From positions 1 to 64,000 of IMG/VR virus record IMGVR_UViG_3300045120_000483: a stretch of 64,000 bases of DNA; one strand, 5' to 3'. Made by a program: the position numbers and the translations under genes. The notes below the pieces were generated by a model. The model was given only the letters and a program-made list of their open reading frames with translations. It was not told the origin of the DNA and ran no database searches. Shown here piece after piece: positions 1 through 9,514 of this stretch (positions are counted from its first letter, which is position 1; each line of letters opens with the position of its first letter). This DNA comes from a virus.

Positions 1-275
1 AAATTGATAAGGAAATTGAGGAAGATCAGGCCAATCCGCAGTATCAGACCCCACCCGGAATGCCACCCGAAGACGGGGGAGATGATCAGGGAGAGGACGG
101 TGGCTCTTCGGTAATGGTAGACCCCAATAACATGGGGAACGTACCACAAGAGCCTATGAACGGGCCGAAAGACGACAAGAAAAATGACAAAAAAGGCGGA
201 AAAGACGCCAAATCTAAGAAGAAAAGTGACAAATCATTCAAATCCGTGGCTCAGCTACTTTCCAAAAATAGTTAA
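1..275 (+). CDS. gp20: Portal protein C-terminus (5' partial)
   Basis: Frame open from base 3: IDKEIEEDQANPQY..., a typical acidic T4 portal tail; lies directly upstream of a gp67-like gene and gp21-22-23. Confidence 0.75.
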   Translation, partial: IDKEIEEDQANPQYQTPPGMPPEDGGDDQGEDGGSSVMVDPNNMGNVPQEPMNGPKDDKKNDKKGGKDAKSKKKSDKSFKSVAQLLSKNS

Positions 276-286
276 GTCAGGCTATT

Positions 287-294
287 GATAAATA
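287..294 (+). promoter_or_regulatory. T4-type late promoter (GATAAATA)
   Basis: Variant of T4 TATAAATA, intergenic, before a head gene; NATAAATA recurs at 5306, 5317, 9475, 10182, 11376, 28348, 32011. Confidence 0.7.
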
Positions 295-315
295 TAGAAA
301 AATAAAGAGGAACCC

Positions 316-1269
316 ATGACACTCCTAGAAGCTAAAAAATCTGAATTTCCTATTGGTTCTAAAGTTGTCACAACTATGGGTGTTCGACGTAAAGGTACAA
401 TTACAAAACCTTTCCATTGGAAACAATCCGATGACGGTACCTATAAAGAACCTGGAAAGGGATATCATCCAGTTCAATGGAGTGATGGAACTAAAGGTTA
501 TCATCACAAACACCACATGAAAATTGAGGAAAACACCGATATGACCCTATTAGAAACCTTCGAAGAATTCCTATCTAACAAAGAATTTGAAACCCTTCAA
601 GAGGCATTTGACACCTTTGTCTCCGAAAATGAGATTTCTGAAGAAGATGCTGAAGCCCTTCAAGATGAGCTTGGAGACCTTGAGGACGAAGATGAGGAAG
701 TATCAGAACCGGAAGAAAATGACGATCCCATGGGCTCCCTTGTGGACCTAGCGGCTACTGAGAAGCCTTCGGAGTTTGCCGGTCTCTTTGCCGAATTGAT
801 GAAGAATAGAGTTGCAGATGCCGTCGCCGATGCCAAATCAGAAATCGCGGACGGTATCATGGAAGGTAAGTCCTGGAAGGGAGAGGAAGGGGCGCGCAAG
901 TCCTGGAAAGATAAGGACAGAGATAGCAAGCGGGCCGGTAAGAAGAAAGACCCGGAAGATGAAGCCAATGAGGAAGTCATTGGCGAAGCTATGACCCGCA
1001 AGCATTTCCAGATGGCGGCTGATACCATCAAGCAGATTGAAGACCCCAAGAAGCGCAAAGAACATGCGGAAATGCACGCAATCACCTTTGCAAAATCCAA
1101 TCCCCGTTTCGATCATCATCGCTTCTATAAGGCTTGTGGAGTAAAGGGCCTTAATGAAGGTAAGTCCGGAGACTCCGAAGATAACAAGAACAAGTTGAAT
1201 GTCTGGAGAACCCGTCAGAACAAGCGGCGGGAGAAGGAAGAAAAGAACGCAGAGAGCGGAGAAGCGTAA
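316..1269 (+). CDS. gp67: gp67-like prohead core protein carrying extra modules
   Basis: LVDLAATEKPSEFAGLFAELMKNRVADAVADAKSEIADGI resembles T4 gp67; follows portal; several [ILM]xE sites. Confidence 0.65.
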   Translation: MTLLEAKKSEFPIGSKVVTTMGVRRKGTITKPFHWKQSDDGTYKEPGKGYHPVQWSDGTKGYHHKHHMKIEENTDMTLLETFEEFLSNKEFETLQEAFDTFVSENEISEEDAEALQDELGDLEDEDEEVSEPEENDDPMGSLVDLAATEKPSEFAGLFAELMKNRVADAVADAKSEIADGIMEGKSWKGEEGARKSWKDKDRDSKRAGKKKDPEDEANEEVIGEAMTRKHFQMAADTIKQIEDPKKRKEHAEMHAITFAKSNPRFDHHRFYKACGVKGLNEGKSGDSEDNKNKLNVWRTRQNKRREKEEKNAESGEA

Positions 1270-1688
1270 TGGGAAAGTTCAAGCAGCTTCTTTCCGACAA
1301 TAAGCTATCCGAAGAAGCTTTAGAGGAAGGCCATCATCCTAATATTGAGCGTAGTAAGTTTGCCGGAAGATCAAGTCACATAACACATATAGGTTATGGT
1401 CATAATGATGTCTTTCATATCACTAAGACCAACGGTCCTAAATCCAATTGGTATCAAGCCGTAGGTCAAAAGACCAAGAAGGTTTTTACTGGTAAAGGTC
1501 TAGGAGAAATCTCAAAGAAGCTTAGGGAAGAAGTCAACGAAGCCAAGGTAAAAATTCATCCCGAATTCATGTCTGATCTACTAAAAAGGGGATGGAAAAC
1601 AGACACCATCAAAAAAGCCGACAAAGAGCGAAAACAGTTTGCGGCCGGTAAAAGAGAAATCAATCGTCTAAAGAAACAAGGTAAGTAA
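1269..1688 (+). CDS. Putative internal head protein with capsid-targeting-like leader
   Basis: N-term MGKFKQLLSD..LSEEALEEG resembles the T4 internal-protein leader MKT(F/Y)xEF..E; basic, His-rich modules. Confidence 0.55.
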   Translation: MGKFKQLLSDNKLSEEALEEGHHPNIERSKFAGRSSHITHIGYGHNDVFHITKTNGPKSNWYQAVGQKTKKVFTGKGLGEISKKLREEVNEAKVKIHPEFMSDLLKRGWKTDTIKKADKERKQFAAGKREINRLKKQGK

Positions 1689-1692
1689 AGAA

Positions 1693-2775
1693 ATGGCAAA
1701 GTCCCTGAAGGCAATCACCAAGAGCGATGAGTACGATGATGAAAGCTATTCGGGCTATAAGTCTAACTCCAAGAAATTCGCTGATCTTCATACGGTCGTA
1801 GTCCATCAGATTCCGGGACGGTCCACAGATGCTGGATTTAAGCCGGATATCAAGAAAGCTACTTATCCCCGCGCCGATGAAGATACCATTAATGAAATCA
1901 ATGACTCAGTCAAAGCCCACGAAATCCTGAAGTCCCTGGGTATCAAGAGAGGGGAGAATGTTCATAAACTTCCTCTTTCTCAACTAGGTGCTTTGGCCGA
2001 TGCTGCCCGTAAGCACGGTTATAAGAAGCCCAAGAATGCTAATGGTTCGACCGGAAGGTATTTCCATGACCATCTTCAGAAGGTTGCGGCCAAAAGCCGT
2101 CTAAACGATGAAACTGATCTAAATGAAGGTCATGAAATGTCCCATGAGGCCCATGAACTGGTGCTTTATGCAGACAATGACCATCATCTTCACCGTACCT
2201 CCGAAGAACCTATTGTCAAGAACCTTCGACGTAAACACGCCAAGGGTGTCTATGACTCTGAAAAGGCCAAAAAGCTTTGGGGTTATCATGCGGACAGAGC
2301 CGCCCAAAAGTATGCCAAAGACCATGGTTCAAAGGATCATCCTTGGCATAAGATGTTTCCTCCGTCTGCCCGCAAGCAAGCCGCTGCCCATTGGGAATCT
2401 CAGAAGCGGCATGTGAATGAAGAAGTTCAGATTGATGAACTTAAAGGTATAAATCAGGCAGTTGATCGTCTGACTAAGGAAAATTTCGATCATCCCCAGA
2501 CTGCAATATGTCACCATATTGACGTAAATGATCACAAGGCTGCGGCCAACTGGCATCAAGCCCAGGCTCTACATCATTACTCCGAACATGGTAATTTTCA
2601 GAACTATGCGGATGATACTAAATCCGCCGGGGAAAAAGATTTATTTAATGAATATCAAGGGGCGGCGAATGATCATTTAAGTCTTCATATCAAACATACC
2701 AAATTGGCAAAATTACATAATGAAAAACATCTTAGTAAGGTTCTGGGAGAAGGAAGAATAAAGAATGGCCGATAA
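1693..2775 (+). CDS. Modular His-rich prohead core/internal protein
   Basis: INE, LNE, VNE, IDE, TKE linkers separate basic modules; 33 His in 360 aa (hand count). Confidence 0.6.
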   Translation: MAKSLKAITKSDEYDDESYSGYKSNSKKFADLHTVVVHQIPGRSTDAGFKPDIKKATYPRADEDTINEINDSVKAHEILKSLGIKRGENVHKLPLSQLGALADAARKHGYKKPKNANGSTGRYFHDHLQKVAAKSRLNDETDLNEGHEMSHEAHELVLYADNDHHLHRTSEEPIVKNLRRKHAKGVYDSEKAKKLWGYHADRAAQKYAKDHGSKDHPWHKMFPPSARKQAAAHWESQKRHVNEEVQIDELKGINQAVDRLTKENFDHPQTAICHHIDVNDHKAAANWHQAQALHHYSEHGNFQNYADDTKSAGEKDLFNEYQGAANDHLSLHIKHTKLAKLHNEKHLSKVLGEGRIKNGR

Positions 2776-3511
2776 TGCAAGCGCAACAGCAGGCGATGGT
2801 TCTGTTATTGTCGGCACCGATAAAATTGGGGGTGTTGACTATCAAAGAATTAAAGCCAACTGGGGTCCGGATGGAACAATCAACGATACCGACGTTGCAT
2901 CGGGGATGTCCTTTCCGGTTCAGGTTCGTTCTGCAACCGGATTAATCCCGGTCGGAGAACCCACTGATGCCGCCAATACATCAACAGACACCACTTCCGT
3001 ATCTTTAATTAGCGTCAACAAACAAATCTCATCATCTATTCAGTCCCTGGCGGCTTCAGGAGCGGCGATTAAAACCATTGCAATGACTACCGATACGTCT
3101 CCCTATGCATCAGGTGATTTGGTTGCTGATACCCAACAGCTTGATGCGGCTTTTCGAAAGACCAATGGAACAGGCGTCCTGAACACTCTGACTATTATCG
3201 ATCAAGATGCCCAGGGTGTCGCTCTTTATGTCATGTTTCATTATTCAACAACATCAATGGGTACCGAAAATAATGCTCCCAGTATCTCTGATGCCAACCT
3301 CATCGCCGGACTTCAGGGTATCGTCGCAGTGGCTACAACCGATTATGTCACGATATCAGGCTCTAAAGTTGCTTGTATTCGAAACATTGGCCTGCCTTTG
3401 AAATCCGTCTCAGGAACAGACGATCTTTATATATCTATTGTGAATGGTACCGGGACCCCAACCTTTACGGCAACCGGTCTTTATCTTACTCTAGGTATCT
3501 TGCAGGATTAA
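2765..3511 (+). CDS. Virion structural protein (fibre/decoration-like)
   Basis: Ala/Thr/Ser/Gly-rich beta composition within late head operon. Confidence 0.5.
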   Translation: MADNASATAGDGSVIVGTDKIGGVDYQRIKANWGPDGTINDTDVASGMSFPVQVRSATGLIPVGEPTDAANTSTDTTSVSLISVNKQISSSIQSLAASGAAIKTIAMTTDTSPYASGDLVADTQQLDAAFRKTNGTGVLNTLTIIDQDAQGVALYVMFHYSTTSMGTENNAPSISDANLIAGLQGIVAVATTDYVTISGSKVACIRNIGLPLKSVSGTDDLYISIVNGTGTPTFTATGLYLTLGILQD

Positions 3512-5310
3512 TGCCTAATTTTATGCATATGCGGATGCGGCCGGTGTTTTTTCGAACAACGACACACGGCAGCGCGATTTATGATGGGTTTGCATCCACA
3601 CGCGGGAATATACCCACAAATCTAAGTGGTATCACTCATGCAAACGTTCGGGCCGGACATTATGCCCGAACTGATATCACTCAATTAAAAATTGTCCTTT
3701 TCAACTATTATGGTATTGGGGAACTAGCTCCGGGAGCGACAATGGGCGTCACCGCCAGCGTCGAATATCCCCGGGGTACATTTACTCAAATCTTATTCAG
3801 TGGGTCTTCGTCTGGAACTGTTCCGGACGGCGGAACATTGTTTTCTGATTATGTCACAATCTCAATTCCAAACGGAGAAAGGTTTTGGATCAGACTACAT
3901 CAGACATGTAGTGCTGGTTTGGTCTATATATCAACTCCTACTTATGTTGATGCCAAAGATTGGATGATGGGAGACGCCTATCAAAATTCTGCAACTGATT
4001 TGACTATGACAGGGGAGATAACCCCTGATGAAGGAACATTAGCATATTATGCAGGGGTTATAGCCCCAATGACCGCTGATTCAGTTCTTGTTCTGGGGGA
4101 TAGCAACGGCATGGGTGTTACCGATGTCCTTGATACAACAGGTAATTTAGGTAGCATCGCCCGATCAATTGGTCCGCAGTTCGGTTATTTCAACGCCTCA
4201 ATGCCGGGGGACACTGCTTCCAACTTTGTCTCTAATCATACTCAAAGAGCCCTTTTAATTCCTTATTGTACCACAGTATATGTCATTTATGGTACCAATG
4301 ATATCTTTGCTTCCGATTCCGCCGCAACTATTGAAGGTCACCTAACTTCGATTTATAGTCTTTGTAGTGGCAAAAGAGTAAAACAAACAACAATCGTTCC
4401 CCGAACAACTGACGTAGTGGATGCCTGGACTACTACGGGAAACCAGACTGTTCTGGCGGGAGAAAGTGTTCGGGCCACTCTGAACAGCGATCTCCGTTCT
4501 ACCTTCGGTCCTCCCGGAGGAATATGTGATATTGCCGCCGCCGTTGAAATTTCAACCAAATGGATTGTATCTCCTGTTATATCAACGACAGATGGCATCC
4601 ATACCAATGCTAATGGTGTGCAGCTTGTTTTAACTAGTAACGCCGTCGATCCATCCCTTACGGGGACCCCCGCAACACCAACCACTGAAACCGGTAGTGC
4701 CTGGGGTGATCACGGAACTAAAATAGATATTGCTACATTGCGGCGGGCCAATGATCTGGCTTATGCCAATACAGCCGGAAACCCCGTAACATCGGTAAGA
4801 GGGGCGACCGGTAATAGTTCTGGTTTGAGGCGGTTCGAAATAGAACTAATGGGTACCCAGCCATCAGGAATGATCCTTGGGATAATGACCGGAACCGCCG
4901 GAAACGGCGCGCCCCTTGATGATTATCCGGGGAATATATCCGATAGTTTTGCTATCATCAGTGGTGATCATTATACATTCGTATCGGGAACTATGTTCAC
5001 TGCTGTCAATTCAACAACCCTAACTTATCTTTGTGGGGATGTATTCGGATGGTATCTAGATTTTACAAATAGGTTTGCATATTTGAGTCGTAATGGTGTT
5101 TTCTGCGTTGGAGCCGGGGGTGTAACTGGCGACCCAACCTCCGGAGCAACGGGCACCGGACATGTTGCTACATGGACTAACGTAACCCCCACCCTGTATC
5201 CCGTAGTAACATTATTTGGTTACCAAACCGGTTTACCGGTCCTTCCCGTCCGACTCCGAACAGCATCATTCTTAATACCGACTGTAGGTAGTTATACGCC
5301 GTGGGGATAA
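3511..5310 (+). CDS. SGNH/GDSL hydrolase with C-terminal SPRY/lectin-like domain
   Basis: VLGDS (block I), YGTND (block III), DGIH (block V); ATG at 3511 overlaps the upstream TAA. Confidence 0.75.
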   Translation: MPNFMHMRMRPVFFRTTTHGSAIYDGFASTRGNIPTNLSGITHANVRAGHYARTDITQLKIVLFNYYGIGELAPGATMGVTASVEYPRGTFTQILFSGSSSGTVPDGGTLFSDYVTISIPNGERFWIRLHQTCSAGLVYISTPTYVDAKDWMMGDAYQNSATDLTMTGEITPDEGTLAYYAGVIAPMTADSVLVLGDSNGMGVTDVLDTTGNLGSIARSIGPQFGYFNASMPGDTASNFVSNHTQRALLIPYCTTVYVIYGTNDIFASDSAATIEGHLTSIYSLCSGKRVKQTTIVPRTTDVVDAWTTTGNQTVLAGESVRATLNSDLRSTFGPPGGICDIAAAVEISTKWIVSPVISTTDGIHTNANGVQLVLTSNAVDPSLTGTPATPTTETGSAWGDHGTKIDIATLRRANDLAYANTAGNPVTSVRGATGNSSGLRRFEIELMGTQPSGMILGIMTGTAGNGAPLDDYPGNISDSFAIISGDHYTFVSGTMFTAVNSTTLTYLCGDVFGWYLDFTNRFAYLSRNGVFCVGAGGVTGDPTSGATGTGHVATWTNVTPTLYPVVTLFGYQTGLPVLPVRLRTASFLIPTVGSYTPWG

Positions 5311-5354
5311 ATAAGTGATAAATATCAAAAAGTTAACTTTTAGGACAAATTTAC

Positions 5355-5618
5355 ATGGAATCCATTAAACCCCTTTCAAACGTCGTTACCCTGGGAGCAT
5401 CCGCCAATAACATCTACCTTTCAAAGGTAATTCGGGTGAATAATGCCAATTCTACAGTCGCGGCATTATTAACGATTACTGATGTGGATAATGGTAATGC
5501 CAACACTCAGTGTATTGTCGGACCCCTGGATAAGATCGCCGTCCTCAAAACAGCTAATTCCACCCTGATCAGTAACCTAACCTCTCTAGTTTTTGCATCT
5601 GCTGTCGGCCTAGGTTAG
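5355..5618 (+). CDS. Small virion structural protein
   Basis: Two late promoters immediately upstream (5306, 5317); beta-rich. Confidence 0.5.
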   Translation: MESIKPLSNVVTLGASANNIYLSKVIRVNNANSTVAALLTITDVDNGNANTQCIVGPLDKIAVLKTANSTLISNLTSLVFASAVGLG

Positions 5619-5624
5619 GATTGA

Positions 5625-6968
5625 ATGACTAATATCCCATTTCCAACTTATGCCTTTAAGGCTCTAGGGACAAACACCGCCCGGACTATGCCAGAACGGT
5701 TGGCAGAAGAAAAAAACGTCCTGGATTATGGGGCTGATCCTTCCAGCGCAAACGATTCCACCGTTGCAATTCAAACAGCCATGAATGATGCCGTTTCCTC
5801 CGGGGCGGGAGTATATCTTCCGGTCGGGACATATAAAGTAACGAATACCGTTGGATCAAACTCTGCCCTTCATCTTAATCCCGACGCCGATTTTGGTTTC
5901 TATATGAGAGGCGCGGGCGGTTCAGCCTCTACTATTCTCTCTCAGACATGTACGGGATTTCTTATTGATAGGTCATTGGCCACCCCCAATAATAGTATTG
6001 GTCCCCGGGTATTTGAAAATATGTGTTTTCTAAATTCGGTTGGAGGGGGATTACGTATTGGTTCAAGTAAAGGGGTGGTGGTCCGTAATTGTAGATTTTC
6101 TTGTGCGGGAACCGGCTTGACTACTGAAGATTCCCCCGGAAATTCATCGGAAAACATCGTAATAGACACCTGTAATTTTGCGGCATCTCCCGCTTACCTT
6201 ACATCTACCGGCCTTATAATGGGCGGCAGTGGATCAGTAGTCTGTTCGGATTTTAATGGTATGGGCATCGGAGTGATCCTTTACGGGAAGGGTATCTCCC
6301 TAAATGGTAATCGTTGTGAAAGATGTGATGTGGCCTTTAAACTTGGTGTTGATTCGGCAAACACCGATCAAGGATTACATGGTTTTCTTCTTACTGCCCA
6401 AGAAATGGAAGGTCTTGTCACTTTTGTTGATATTATCGGTACAATGACAGGCTTCACCATTGGACCTCTGGGTTGTACCGGTCATGATATAGGTAACTCC
6501 GGTTTGGGTGGTTTCGAAGAAAATAGTCAATATGGAGTTAGAATCAGAGCAAATAAAGCCTACTATGGTGAATTTGTAGCTACGGGCTCAACCCAATTTA
6601 TGGATATTGGGGGTATCTATATGGAGGATTATGCAGCCACCGGTCTTGGAAAGCGATCATACATAACATTCAGTTCTTGTAATCCTAGTGTTGGGTTCGG
6701 GGGAGGAGTTCCCTGGCGTATTCCAACGGCTTCGGGTTGGCCCCGTCTCATTGAATGTAGTGCTATCGATTCGTCACAAATGGCCCCTTATGGTACCCGT
6801 TATACTTATAGCGGATTGCCGACCGGAGGTGATGTATTAGAAGGAGATGAATTCGATATATCCGATGGAAATAATGGAACAATTGGAGGTACCGTTACGG
6901 CGGGAGGGGGGTCCAATCGAATTAGAGTACGATGGAACGGTACTAACTGGATTTGTCTCCCGGGATAA
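5625..6968 (+). CDS. Right-handed beta-helix (pectate-lyase-3-like) spike/depolymerase
   Basis: NVLDYGADP..NDSTVAIQTA and VYLPVGTYKV cap motifs followed by beta-helix repeats. Confidence 0.75.
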   Translation: MTNIPFPTYAFKALGTNTARTMPERLAEEKNVLDYGADPSSANDSTVAIQTAMNDAVSSGAGVYLPVGTYKVTNTVGSNSALHLNPDADFGFYMRGAGGSASTILSQTCTGFLIDRSLATPNNSIGPRVFENMCFLNSVGGGLRIGSSKGVVVRNCRFSCAGTGLTTEDSPGNSSENIVIDTCNFAASPAYLTSTGLIMGGSGSVVCSDFNGMGIGVILYGKGISLNGNRCERCDVAFKLGVDSANTDQGLHGFLLTAQEMEGLVTFVDIIGTMTGFTIGPLGCTGHDIGNSGLGGFEENSQYGVRIRANKAYYGEFVATGSTQFMDIGGIYMEDYAATGLGKRSYITFSSCNPSVGFGGGVPWRIPTASGWPRLIECSAIDSSQMAPYGTRYTYSGLPTGGDVLEGDEFDISDGNNGTIGGTVTAGGGSNRIRVRWNGTNWICLPG

Positions 6969-6971
6969 TAG

Positions 6972-9467
6972 ATGACAAATCCCTTTTCCTCTTATGCTTT
7001 TCCTTCGGCCACCGGGTTAGCTAATCGCAAAATGCCCTACCGTCTGCTTGATACTATCAACGTCAAGGATTTTGGAGCGGTTGGAGATGGGGTGACTGAT
7101 GATTGGGCCGCCATTATGGATGCCCTAAACTGGAATTCTATTTTAGTAACAGCCGCGCAAAAGGCCTATTCCGGAACTGTTCGAATTACTGCTTTGTCGT
7201 GGAACGCGGGGGCAGCAACCGCAACAACAGGCATTCCCCATGGCCTGACGACCGGTGATGAAATAATCCATTTCTTTACATTTTCAACGAACGCTGATTG
7301 GACCGGGGACTTCGTTGTAACTGTTATTGATTCTACAACCTTTACCTATCCCCTACCTACAAATCCAGGTCCCGCCAGCGCGGATATAGGATGCTTTACC
7401 GCTAAAATTCTAAGCGCCACATGGTCGGGAGATGTTGTAACAGTAAACTTTGGGGCTCCCCATCGATTGATCAGCGGGCTCTCCGTCAATATGTTTGGCT
7501 TCTCCTTCGGTGATCTCACTGGTAAAGTCATTACTGTCACAGGTCCCAGACAATTGACATTTCCACTTACGGGCTCCGGAGCCGTCACTCTTCACCCCTT
7601 TTCATGGTTAGCTCCTCCTGCCAAGCTCACAGTCGTGAATTGGCCGGGATTTCCCCCCACCTTCCCATACGCAATATATGGTATGTTTATGGGAGAATAT
7701 TATCCGCCGTGTCTTGCCGGTAGTTATTTTCACAGCGGGGCTGATGTAACCGGGAATGTTATAACTTTCAACTCCCCCTTTCACTGGAATGAAATTGAGG
7801 CAGGAGATAATATTCGACTAGTTACAGCCCTAACTGGTAAGGTTTTTTTTCCGGCCGGTACTTACTATGTCAGTAAGCAGATTCAATTACCAATGGTAGG
7901 GTCTTCCGGTGTTTTCTATGGTACCGGTAACTCCATCATACGCGGCTCATTCCCTGATTTTATCTTCTCAATCAATCAAAAAGCGGCCGGGGCCGGGCCC
8001 GTTCGATTTGATAATCTAACTTTTATCAATGACGATATCAATGGGGGAGGGATGCGATTTGTTAACAACAGCGGATTTTTCTCTGGATGTAAATTTACGG
8101 CCGGACATATCTGTCTTACCCTAGCAAGCACAGATACCCGAAATTCGGCGGCGTTTGACGTTGTAGTAACGGGATGTATGTTCTTTGCCACCCCCGGTTC
8201 GACCGGCTCTTGTGGATTGGCGGCTACGGCCAATAATGGGGAGTATAATGGAAATTATTTTGAAGGATTATACTCTGGCATCCGATGTCAAAATTTCTGT
8301 CAAAATATAGATGGTAGTAAATTTGTTAATTGTGGCACCGGTATAGCATTTGGATATGATCCTGAAGGGATACGTAGCTTCATGAGTTCGTTTTCTACTA
8401 GAGGAAATTATTTCCAAAATTGCGGGGCCGCTATAGATGGTTATAATTATGGGTCATCACGCGCCGAAGGTAATTATATCGTAGGGGGAGCCAACTCAGT
8501 TTATGGATTTTTTGGACAAAACTTCGCGTCTTCACTATTGCGGGGGTTGCATGTTACCGGACAATTTTCTAACACAGCCGTCTTTCCAGCCCCTACTCTA
8601 AGATATGATAGTAGTTTGTTGATATTTCGATCTGTCGGGGGCGAAAATTCCGGTTCCGGAACAGTATGGACAATGCCGATAAGTCAATCCTCAGTCTATA
8701 TGGATAATTGTAATTCACCTTTTATTATAACTTATGATAGGTTAAATGGAAGACGAATAACAAGCGCAACCTATGATTCTGGAACAGGTGTTGCTACCAT
8801 AACAACAGATTCAGACCATCACTTCGAAAATCATAGTCAAAATATCTCAGTAACAAATGTCCTAGTTGGGGGTTCAGCAAATAATAGCTATAATGGTATA
8901 TATGAGCCCATAACCCGTTCAGGAAATACTTTTTCCTATCATGTAAACTTTGCCCCCGGGACTGCTACCGCAAACACTGGAGCTATGTGTGGCGCTCTTC
9001 GGATAGGAACAGGGGGACCAATTAAAACTATGTCCTGGAATACCGGGACTGTGACAGTAGAAACATGGGCCCCCCACGGTATAGCTGATTATGGGACGGC
9101 CACTATTATTGCACAAGTGGGAGGTAATACCAGTAACGGTTATAACGGCACTTTTGGAGTAAGGGTGACCGATCTTACCCATTTTACTTATTCTGTTGTC
9201 TCTGACCCCGGCACAGTGGACCCTTTAAGCTTGACTACTAGTATGCCATCCTTTCAACATAGCCCCTCAACTTATTATCTTAACACATTCGATACAAGAG
9301 GAACAACATTTGATTCCCGGGAAGGTCATTCCAGGATCAATATTAGTGACGGACAAAAGTACACGGGGGGCTTCGCCTCTATTGGGGATTCGATAAAAGG
9401 CGGGGGAAGTCCAGGTCAGCATATGAGTGTCGTCTGGACCAAAAATGGCTTTATTCGAAGAGGATAG
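6972..9467 (+). CDS. Beta-helix spike protein with repeated beta-barrel inserts
   Basis: INVKDFGAVGDGVTDDWAAI and VFFPAGTYYV motifs; four T..PH(G/R/H)-type repeats. Confidence 0.75.
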   Translation: MTNPFSSYAFPSATGLANRKMPYRLLDTINVKDFGAVGDGVTDDWAAIMDALNWNSILVTAAQKAYSGTVRITALSWNAGAATATTGIPHGLTTGDEIIHFFTFSTNADWTGDFVVTVIDSTTFTYPLPTNPGPASADIGCFTAKILSATWSGDVVTVNFGAPHRLISGLSVNMFGFSFGDLTGKVITVTGPRQLTFPLTGSGAVTLHPFSWLAPPAKLTVVNWPGFPPTFPYAIYGMFMGEYYPPCLAGSYFHSGADVTGNVITFNSPFHWNEIEAGDNIRLVTALTGKVFFPAGTYYVSKQIQLPMVGSSGVFYGTGNSIIRGSFPDFIFSINQKAAGAGPVRFDNLTFINDDINGGGMRFVNNSGFFSGCKFTAGHICLTLASTDTRNSAAFDVVVTGCMFFATPGSTGSCGLAATANNGEYNGNYFEGLYSGIRCQNFCQNIDGSKFVNCGTGIAFGYDPEGIRSFMSSFSTRGNYFQNCGAAIDGYNYGSSRAEGNYIVGGANSVYGFFGQNFASSLLRGLHVTGQFSNTAVFPAPTLRYDSSLLIFRSVGGENSGSGTVWTMPISQSSVYMDNCNSPFIITYDRLNGRRITSATYDSGTGVATITTDSDHHFENHSQNISVTNVLVGGSANNSYNGIYEPITRSGNTFSYHVNFAPGTATANTGAMCGALRIGTGGPIKTMSWNTGTVTVETWAPHGIADYGTATIIAQVGGNTSNGYNGTFGVRVTDLTHFTYSVVSDPGTVDPLSLTTSMPSFQHSPSTYYLNTFDTRGTTFDSREGHSRINISDGQKYTGGFASIGDSIKGGGSPGQHMSVVWTKNGFIRRG

Positions 9468-9514
9468 AAGAAAAGATAAATAAGATACAATCATTAGGGC
9501 ATAAAAATTAAAAA

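Noticed and set aside
3373-3510. N-terminal extension of the SGNH gene
   Set aside because: Overlaps the upstream CDS; ATG at 3511 is coupled to its stop
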